Positions 57,659-64,000 of a stretch of 64,000 nucleotides of DNA are shown here, one piece after another. Positions within the stretch are counted from its first letter, which is position 1, and each line of letters begins with the position of its first letter. The position numbers and the translations under genes are program-made. Below the pieces are notes generated by a model. That model saw nothing but the letters and a program-made list of their open reading frames with translations, made no database searches and had not been told where the DNA came from. Source of the DNA: a virus (taxonomy: Duplodnaviria > Caudoviricetes). The stretch covers positions 1 to 64,000 of the IMG/VR virus record IMGVR_UViG_2772190672_000001. One strand, written 5' to 3'.

Positions 57659-57931
57659 TCAGGACTTGCGGCGGTTGATGGTGTGGAGGGTGACGCCCTC
57701 GGCGGCCAGGGCCCGGCAGATGTTGCCGCGCACCCACCCGCCCCAGCCGTCCGACTCGTACTCGGCGAGGAACTGGCGCCGCTTCGGGTGCGCCGCGTTC
57801 GGGCTGAACGTGGCAGCCAGCTCGTAGGCCAGGGTCCGGGTGTTCCACGGGCCCTCGAACAGCCCGTCGGAGATGTCGCTGTCCTCCAGGTCCCAGTACA
57901 GATGGAGGAGGGGGGTCCGGGTCTGGTCCAT
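57659..57931 (-). CDS. Hypothetical protein
   Basis: 90 aa; GGAG RBS after repeat d. Confidence 0.6.
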   Translation of the reverse strand: MDQTRTPLLHLYWDLEDSDISDGLFEGPWNTRTLAYELAATFSPNAAHPKRRQFLAEYESDGWGGWVRGNICRALAAEGVTLHTINRRKS

Positions 57932-57979
57932 GTCTGGCGCTCCGTCCCTGATGGGTGGTGGTGTGTCCTGCCTTCATCT

Positions 57980-58053
57980 TTCCGCAAACAAGCCGGGATA
58001 ACCTCGCTATCCCGGCTGAATTGGTCAAGGATTGTCAGGAAAGCCGCTGGTCA
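57980..58053. repeat. Early dyad repeat copy d
   Basis: GCCGGGATAAC-CTC-GCTATCCCGGC; TTGGTCAA; GAAAGCCGCTGGTCA. Confidence 0.75.
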
Positions 58054-59847
58054 GGCGGCCAGGTCGTAGCGGTCGATCTCCTCGCCGGTGATGCACTCGG
58101 CGAGCATGCAGATCAGGACCTCCGAGACGTTCGGGGTGACCGCGTTGCCCAGCTGGCGCACCCGGTCGCGCTTCGAGCCCAGCACCACGTAGTCGTCGGC
58201 GAAGGCCATCGCGCGCTGGATCTCGTGCGGCTGGAGCATCCGGAACAGGACGTCTTCGATCTTGATGTCCCCCTGGACCAGGGCGAAGCGGTCACGGGTG
58301 GAGATCGCGCCGACGGGCTCGCTGACCGGGCGCGGGGTCCCGTTGCCGTAGTACGGGGCCAGGAAGGGTTCCCAGGTGACGAGGGACTGGTGGCCGGTGG
58401 TGGTGAGGGTCCGCATCGGCTCGGCCAGGTCGGTGCAGTGCTCGCCGCCGTCGCCGGTGGAGCCGTTGTTCCGCATCATCATGCCCGGCATCGGGACCGC
58501 GGCCAGGCCGTGGTGATTGCCGCTGGCGCAGACCGTCGCGAGCGGGTCGCTGATCGCGCGGACGTCGCTGCTGCCGCCCCGGATCTCGGTGATGAACGGC
58601 AGCCACGCGAGCCCGGCCTCGGCCCTGGCGGTCTGGGTCTGCATCGGCCCGTAGACCGTGCGGGCGTTCTTGCCTTCGCGGCCGTCGCACGGGACGAGCA
58701 GCGGCGGTACCGCCAGCGCGTCATTCTCGCGGGTGGTGCGGGTCGGCATCGGGTCGAGGAGGTCGGTGGCCGAGTCCCGCCAGGTGCCGCCGGTGGGCAC
58801 CATCAGCGGGCGGGCGAACTTGTCCAGCCCGGCCTGGATGCGCCGCATCGTCTTCTCGGCCAGCGGGGTCTTGCGGTCGCCGATCCGACCGCCCGCGATC
58901 GACCAGTCGATGGCCGCCGCCGCGGGGAGCGTCTCGGGTTCCACGATCTGGTGGCCACACTTCGTGTTCGGGCACCGGTAGTCGTACTGGCTCTTGTACC
59001 GGCCCATGTCGACGCCGGGCTTCCGGAAGACCTGCCGGGCCTTGACCATCTGGTCGCAGCCGGTGCAGAACGCTGAGGGGGCGAGCCACTTCTCGAAGTT
59101 CGGGGTGCGGCCGAGGCTCTGGTGCCAGTAGACCAGGTAGAGACGGTCGCGGGACTGCGGGGCGCGGTGCACCGAGCGCGGCTCGGCGTGCATCGAGTTC
59201 AGCGCGACCAGCCGGGTCCGGTAGCCCATCTTGTGGAACTCCGCGATCCAGCGGTCCCACTCGGCCCACTGCCGGACGTCGACCACGTTCTCGACCACGC
59301 CCGCCTTGACCAGGCCGCCGCGCTCGATTACGCCTCGCAGGTAGAGCGGGATCTCTTCCATCAGCGCCCGACTGGCCTCATCCTCCGCCGTCGGGCCGCT
59401 GTCCCTCTCGTCCTCCGTCTGGAACTTATCCGCCTCCAGGTCTGCGTACAGGTCGAGCAGGTCGCCCTGGACGGCCTTGGCGAAGTCCCGCTTTTTGCCC
59501 TGGGCAATGCTCCACCGAGTGCACTCGGGCGAGCCCCAGTGGATGTCGGTGATCGGCCAGGCCCAGACCGGGGCCTTGCGGATGTCGCCGATGTAGTGGG
59601 CGACGCCGGGGAAGTTCCGCTCGTGACTCTCGATCGCCCGCCGCCAGTGGTTCGCGGCCCGGGTCACCTTGACGTTCGGGACGGCGTCCGCGCCCTGGGT
59701 GGAGCCACCCGCCCCGCAGAACCAGTCCATGACCGACAGCTCGGTGCCGTCGTGCCTGTACGCCTTGGTTCGCCGGCGCAGGGCGTAGGTCTGGGCCGAG
59801 CTGGAGGCCGAGGCCATCGCGCGGGTGGTGGAGGAGATGTAGGGCAT
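58051..59847 (-). CDS. Orphan DNA (cytosine-5) methyltransferase
   Basis: DWFCGAGG (I), GSPEC (IV), VENV (VI), PQSRDR (VIII), QLGNAV (X). Confidence 0.9.
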   Translation of the reverse strand: MPYISSTTRAMASASSSAQTYALRRRTKAYRHDGTELSVMDWFCGAGGSTQGADAVPNVKVTRAANHWRRAIESHERNFPGVAHYIGDIRKAPVWAWPITDIHWGSPECTRWSIAQGKKRDFAKAVQGDLLDLYADLEADKFQTEDERDSGPTAEDEASRALMEEIPLYLRGVIERGGLVKAGVVENVVDVRQWAEWDRWIAEFHKMGYRTRLVALNSMHAEPRSVHRAPQSRDRLYLVYWHQSLGRTPNFEKWLAPSAFCTGCDQMVKARQVFRKPGVDMGRYKSQYDYRCPNTKCGHQIVEPETLPAAAAIDWSIAGGRIGDRKTPLAEKTMRRIQAGLDKFARPLMVPTGGTWRDSATDLLDPMPTRTTRENDALAVPPLLVPCDGREGKNARTVYGPMQTQTARAEAGLAWLPFITEIRGGSSDVRAISDPLATVCASGNHHGLAAVPMPGMMMRNNGSTGDGGEHCTDLAEPMRTLTTTGHQSLVTWEPFLAPYYGNGTPRPVSEPVGAISTRDRFALVQGDIKIEDVLFRMLQPHEIQRAMAFADDYVVLGSKRDRVRQLGNAVTPNVSEVLICMLAECITGEEIDRYDLAA

Positions 59848-59891
59848 TCGGTCCGTCCCTTCCGGGTGGGTGGGTGTGTCGTCCTCTTTCA

Positions 59892-59966
59892 TTGACCCCA
59901 CCCCTCGGGATAACCTCGTTATCCCGATGGGTTTGGTCAAAGAATCGTCAGTGAAGCCGCGGGTCA
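59892..59966. repeat. Early dyad repeat copy c
   Basis: TTGACC-N8-CGGGATAAC-CTC-GTTATCCCG-N8-GGTCAA. Confidence 0.8.
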
Positions 59967-60848
59967 GATGCCGTCCGGCCGGAACGGGATCAGGGGGAAA
60001 AGGTCCCGGTCGAGCGCGTACCAGCCCCACTCGTGGCCGCCGATGGCGTACCGGCCGTCGGCGTTGGGGTGGAGGACCTCGACCGCCTGCTCGCGCCGCT
60101 CGCCGGCGAGGTGCATCCAGCAGGTGACGATGACGACCGCGTGCCGGGTGCGGTTGACCCTGCCGCTCAGGACGTGAACGGTGTCGATCGAGCCGTGCCC
60201 GTACCTGGCGGCGTCTCGCTGGGTGTCGGCGGCGATCCGGCGGACGGTGCGGAGGTCGAGCCAGGGCCGCACGTAGCCGTCGCGCTGGTCAGCGGGGTCG
60301 ATGAGCGCCGGGTAGTGGTCGCGGTCGTTGGCACACACCAGGACTTCGACCATCGAGCCGGGGGCGGCTTCCGGGGCGGCCGGGCTGGGCGGGTCGAGGG
60401 TGAGGGAGGCGGCCCGCATGAGGTCGAGGGTGAAGGCGGGTCGGCCGTAGCGGTCGGGCAGTTCGTCGCACAGTGGGCGCCAGACACCTCGGGTGTTGTC
60501 GTCCAGGTATGCCGTCCAGCCACTGAGGTCGTGCAGGGCGTTCCCGGCCTCGGTCTGGCCGACGTCGTCGGTGAAGGTGCGCTCGGCGCCGGCCGTCGTC
60601 CAGTAGCGGCCGGTGGGAAACAGCGAGTCCTCGCCTGCGACCAGTTCGAGGCGGGCGGCATCGAAGGGGGCGCCGGGCTGGTGGCCGGTGAGGATGTCGC
60701 GGACGGCCGCGGCGGTGACGACGAGCATGACGCGGCCGAGCTGCTCGTGCGCGGTCTGGTTGTCGTTCAGGGCCTGGTCGACGGCTGCGCCGAGCGCGCT
60801 GCTGGCGGGCAGTTCGTAGGCGGGGCGAGAAGGGGGCTGGCGGTCCAT
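59964..60848 (-). CDS. Hypothetical two-domain protein (domain shared with 61879-62982)
   Basis: G.V.P.......AA.TQ, DTVHV, GRY.IGG.EW.W. Confidence 0.7.
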   Translation of the reverse strand: MDRQPPSRPAYELPASSALGAAVDQALNDNQTAHEQLGRVMLVVTAAAVRDILTGHQPGAPFDAARLELVAGEDSLFPTGRYWTTAGAERTFTDDVGQTEAGNALHDLSGWTAYLDDNTRGVWRPLCDELPDRYGRPAFTLDLMRAASLTLDPPSPAAPEAAPGSMVEVLVCANDRDHYPALIDPADQRDGYVRPWLDLRTVRRIAADTQRDAARYGHGSIDTVHVLSGRVNRTRHAVVIVTCWMHLAGERREQAVEVLHPNADGRYAIGGHEWGWYALDRDLFPLIPFRPDGI

Positions 60849-60891
60849 GCCGGGTCCGTTCTGTGTGTGGTGGGTGTTGCATCCTCGATCA

Positions 60892-60965
60892 TTGACCCCA
60901 CCATCCGGGGTAACCTCGTTACCCCGGCCGATTTGGTCAAAGAAGCGTCAGGAAGTCGCTGGTCA
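60892..60965. repeat. Early dyad repeat copy b
   Basis: TTGACC-N8-CGGGGTAAC-CTC-GTTACCCCG-N8-GGTCAA. Confidence 0.8.
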
Positions 60966-61850
60966 GGCCGTGATGCCGTCGGCCAGGTACGAGCCACCGT
61001 CAGCCACACGCAGGGCGAATACCTCGGCCTTCGGGCCGCGCTCGGCGCGCAGGGCGCCGTGCCAGCGGTATCCGTCGAAGTCGGGCCGTCGGCCGCCTTC
61101 GTTCTGCCAGTGCAGCTGCCATCCGGGCCAACCCGGCTTGCTGGAGTCGCTCAGCCCGCCGGCGAACCCGAGCGAGCAGACGAGCAGCCGCAGCCCGACC
61201 ATGAACGCCTTGGAGTGCATGCGCACCTGGTTCCGCTCACGGTGCGGGGCGCCGTGGACGAGGCCCACGAGGAACGCGATCCGCAGCGTCTCGGGCATCG
61301 TCAGCGCCCAGGCCGGGAAGCGGCGTCCGGCCCCGTACTGGCCGAAGTGCTCGGCGAGCCAGTCGACCAGCTCGGGCCGCAGTGCCGCCGCGGCTGAGCC
61401 CTTGAGCCGGATCATGGCCCCGGCCGTGCGGAAGACGTCCACGGGGTCGGCGTCGGCGAGGGGGGCGGGCAGGTCGGGGATCGCCAGCGGATCCCCGAAG
61501 TGGAGGGGTGAGGCCAGCCGGTGTCGGTCGGTCAGGTCGCGGACCCTGGTCCAGCCCGCAGCTGACAGCTCACCGGCCGGGCCACCGTCCAGCAGGACGG
61601 GCGCGGTTCGCGCGTGGAACGGGTGGTCGGCCGTCGTGACGAGGCCGGTGGCGAGCGTGGCGCAGTGGACGCGGACAGTGTCGGCGATGGCGCTCATAGT
61701 CTCGGTGACCGGCTGCCACCGGCGCTCGTGGGTGAACACCTCATCCCCGGCGGTGACGGTTTCGATGGGGGTGAGGCCGCGCAGAGTCAGGATCATCGTT
61801 CCGGCGGCGAAGCCCTCGGGGGCGGGCTCCAGGGGGGTCTGGTTGCTCAT
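60963..61850 (-). CDS. Stand-alone intein-derived protein (Hint + degenerate LAGLIDADG)
   Basis: Block A GFAAGTMILT.RG, block B TTADHPF, AFLVGL, block F/G VFALRV...SYLADGI. Confidence 0.75.
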   Translation of the reverse strand: MSNQTPLEPAPEGFAAGTMILTLRGLTPIETVTAGDEVFTHERRWQPVTETMSAIADTVRVHCATLATGLVTTADHPFHARTAPVLLDGGPAGELSAAGWTRVRDLTDRHRLASPLHFGDPLAIPDLPAPLADADPVDVFRTAGAMIRLKGSAAAALRPELVDWLAEHFGQYGAGRRFPAWALTMPETLRIAFLVGLVHGAPHRERNQVRMHSKAFMVGLRLLVCSLGFAGGLSDSSKPGWPGWQLHWQNEGGRRPDFDGYRWHGALRAERGPKAEVFALRVADGGSYLADGITA

Positions 61851-61878
61851 GTGGCGTCCTTGTCTCGTCGGGCGGGGG

Positions 61879-62982
61879 TCAGAGGGTGGGGAAGGTGATT
61901 CGGTAGACGTTGGCGGACCGCTCGTCCGGGATGTGCTCCCAGCCGGGTGCCGCCGCCAGGTCGGCCGGCTCGCTGCTGTCGATGGCGTGATGCAGGTAGG
62001 CGTCTGCGGCGCCGAGGGTCTCGGTGTCGAAGACGCCGCCGTCGTCGGCCGTGTCGAGCTCCGTGTCTCCGGCGTAGACCTGGACGATGTGGGGGCGGCC
62101 TTCGTGGATGTCGATCAGCGCCGAGGTCGCCGACGGGGCCAGCCGCCGCAGGGCGGCCGCGGCCGTCCAGCGGGCGATCTCCAGGGGTGCGGTCGGCTGG
62201 TGGTCGCGGGTGAGGCCGCACCAGCACCGCTCGTGCCAGTCGGAGTACCGGCCGCACACGCAGTTCCAGTGGGCGTAGCTCCAGCACCACTCCCAACCGC
62301 CGATGCTGTACCGGCCTTCGTCGTCGGGCTCGATGATGAGGGTGGACTGCTCGGCGCCCTCGTCCTCCATGTACGTCCAGGAGACCCGCAGGACGAACGC
62401 CAGCGGCTTGCCGTCGTGGTCCTTCGCGCCGCAGTCGATGACGTGCACGGTGTCGACGCCGTCGCCGTTGAACTCTTCGGCCAGCTGCTGGGTCTGGGCG
62501 GCCAGTTGGAGGGCGGCGTCCAGGGTGAAGCGGGGCGAGACGAAGCCGTTCCAGAGGTTGTGCGGGTCGACCTTGGCGTCGAGGGGGCCGAGGGTGTCGT
62601 CGATGCAGACCTTGGTGTCGACGGTGCGGAGGCGGGAGGCGATCCGGTAAATCTCGGCCTGCCGGTGCTCCCCCTCCCAGCTGTCGCCGTCGAAGTCGAG
62701 TTCGTCGGCCAGGGTCCGGGAGAGCTGCCGGTAGAGCGCTTTGCGGTGCGGGAGGCTGCCGTCCTCGCGGGCGGCCTGCCATGCCTTCATCCAGGCGTGC
62801 CTGTCGAAGCGGGCGGCGGGCGGCATGCCGGCGGCTGCTTGGAGGCAGACCCTGCGGTCGAGGTGGACGGTGGCGTTGGGGTCGCCGGTGGCCTGCATGG
62901 CGCGGGCCTGGGCGATCCGGGCCACGATGACGAGGGCTGCGGCCAGTTCGGTCTGGGTGACGTCTGGGGTCGTGCTGGTCAT
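61879..62982 (-). CDS. Hypothetical multidomain protein
   Basis: WNGFVSPRF, DTVHV, GRYSIGGWEWCW, CxC..CxC; GAGGT RBS. Confidence 0.7.
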   Translation of the reverse strand: MTSTTPDVTQTELAAALVIVARIAQARAMQATGDPNATVHLDRRVCLQAAAGMPPAARFDRHAWMKAWQAAREDGSLPHRKALYRQLSRTLADELDFDGDSWEGEHRQAEIYRIASRLRTVDTKVCIDDTLGPLDAKVDPHNLWNGFVSPRFTLDAALQLAAQTQQLAEEFNGDGVDTVHVIDCGAKDHDGKPLAFVLRVSWTYMEDEGAEQSTLIIEPDDEGRYSIGGWEWCWSYAHWNCVCGRYSDWHERCWCGLTRDHQPTAPLEIARWTAAAALRRLAPSATSALIDIHEGRPHIVQVYAGDTELDTADDGGVFDTETLGAADAYLHHAIDSSEPADLAAAPGWEHIPDERSANVYRITFPTL

Positions 62983-63049
62983 GACGGTGGTACCTCTCGT
63001 GGGGTGGATGGTGGGGGCTCCGCCGGGCGGGCGGGGCGCCGTGGGTGGT

Positions 63050-63346
63050 TCAGCCGGTGAAGAGGGCCAGCCACTCGTTCGCGCGGGCCGGGAGGCGCGT
63101 GTCCTTGCCCGCCCAGGCCATCTCGTCGTCGATCTGGCGGGCGAGCAGCTCGAACCGCTCGGGGGTGAAGTGCTCGCCCCGCTCCAGCGCCTGGGCCAGG
63201 GAGTGGGCCTTGATGGCGGCCGCCCGCATCGCTTCCTTCTCGCAGCCGAAGCCGAGGAGGTCGGCGCGGGCGCCGGCGACCGTGCCGTAGCCGGTCAGGG
63301 CCACGGCCGTTGCCTGGGCCTCGGTGGTGACGGTGATGGTGGCCAT
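63050..63346 (-). CDS. Hypothetical protein
   Basis: 98 aa; GGAG RBS after repeat a. Confidence 0.6.
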   Translation of the reverse strand: MATITVTTEAQATAVALTGYGTVAGARADLLGFGCEKEAMRAAAIKAHSLAQALERGEHFTPERFELLARQIDDEMAWAGKDTRLPARANEWLALFTG

Positions 63347-63388
63347 GCCGGGCTCCCTGGGTGATGGTGGGTGGTGACACCTTCTTCA

Positions 63389-63464
63389 TTGACCCCACCT
63401 GCCGGGATAACCTCGATATCCCGGTTGATTTGGTCAGGGAATCGACAATGAAGCCGCTGGTTCA
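63389..63464. repeat. Early dyad repeat copy a
   Basis: TTGACC-N8-CGGGATAAC-CTC-GATATCCCG-N8-GGTCAG. Confidence 0.8.
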
Positions 63465-63998
63465 GGCCATCGCGAACAGGTCGAGCTGGAACGGCTGGCG
63501 CTGGTGCCAGCCGTGGGTGGGGAGGGTGCCGTCAGGGTCGGCATCCAGGCACAGGAGGACGGTCCTGACGTCCGCCCCGGACGGCTTGAACGCGTCGTCG
63601 GGCAGCGGGACGATCTCGCCCTCGTTGTCGGCGATCAGCTTGCGGAACTCCTGCGCGGGCCGGTCGAGGTGCCAGGTGATCGACTCGGGCATGACGGCCA
63701 CGAGGGTGCCACCGTCCTTCAGGAAGCCCAGGGCGTGCATGACGTGGGCGGTGGCGTTGCCGAAGGGCGGGTTCATCAGGATGCGGTCGTACGGCTCATC
63801 GATGGCGAGCGGGTCGAGGTCGAGGAAGTCGCCCTGGACGACCTGGCGGGCGATGCCGAGCTCCCGGAGGACGTGGGCTCGGCGGGGGTCGATCTCGACG
63901 CAGTCCACGATGCCCATCTCCTCGGCGGCCCGCTTGGCGAGCGAGCCGACACCGGCCGACGGTTCCAGCACCGTGTGGCCGACTCGGATCGAGGCGTG
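63462..63998 (-). CDS. Amino (N6-adenine-type) DNA methyltransferase, 5' partial
   Basis: VLEPSAGVG (motif I) and ILMNPPF (motif IV); frame stays open to the window edge. Confidence 0.85.
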   Translation of the reverse strand, partial: HASIRVGHTVLEPSAGVGSLAKRAAEEMGIVDCVEIDPRRAHVLRELGIARQVVQGDFLDLDPLAIDEPYDRILMNPPFGNATAHVMHALGFLKDGGTLVAVMPESITWHLDRPAQEFRKLIADNEGEIVPLPDDAFKPSGADVRTVLLCLDADPDGTLPTHGWHQRQPFQLDLFAMA

Positions 63999-64000
63999 CT

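Larger units (their letters stand above)
632..64000 (-). mobile_element. Siphovirus-type prophage or phage-plasmid (boundaries not visible)
   Basis: Complete terminase-portal-capsid-tail-lysis order plus ParB and early cassettes; no integrase in window. Confidence 0.85.

Noticed and set aside
25587-57827. Very long plus-strand ORFs (e.g. 25587-28589, 29504-32641, 36961-40566, 45836-49090, 54831-57827)
   Set aside because: Antisense shadows of real minus-strand genes in high-GC DNA; no motifs
60963-61850. Active intein or homing endonuclease
   Set aside because: Lacks Cys1, terminal His-Asn, the +1 nucleophile, exteins and the catalytic acid
52085-63464. Early dyad repeats as a CRISPR array or integron attC sites
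   Set aside because: Intervals are whole genes of 0.5-2.8 kb, the ends lack RYYYAAC/GTTRRRY boxes, and no cas or integrase gene is in the window
58051-64000. Restriction-modification system
   Set aside because: No adjacent endonuclease recognised; the methyltransferases appear orphan, though the right edge is truncated

Overview
High-GC actinobacterial DNA, most likely Streptomyces. The whole window looks like one temperate siphovirus-type prophage or phage-plasmid, transcribed almost entirely on the minus strand. Reading right to left: (i) an early/accessory arm (~51.3-64 kb) of 1-2 gene cassettes, each preceded by a conserved 49-bp dyad repeat. It carries two DNA methyltransferases, ParB, two ATPase-less ComM/YifB-like proteins, a free splicing-dead intein-like protein and an atypical tRNA-Arg(UCG). 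(ii) A DNA-modification gene plus ParB-N, then terminase, portal, a MuF/2H-phosphoesterase/protease polyprotein and capsid genes. (iii) A ~14-kb block of Cys-rich fibre/adhesin genes and two glycosylation enzymes. (iv) Tail genes with a likely chaperone frameshift, tape measure, tail tip and lysis genes. A second conserved 21-bp motif lies just downstream of a TAnnnT hexamer ahead of nine late genes. No integrase, replication initiator, sheath, CRISPR array or reverse transcriptase is visible. All product calls come from motif recognition and synteny, not database searches.
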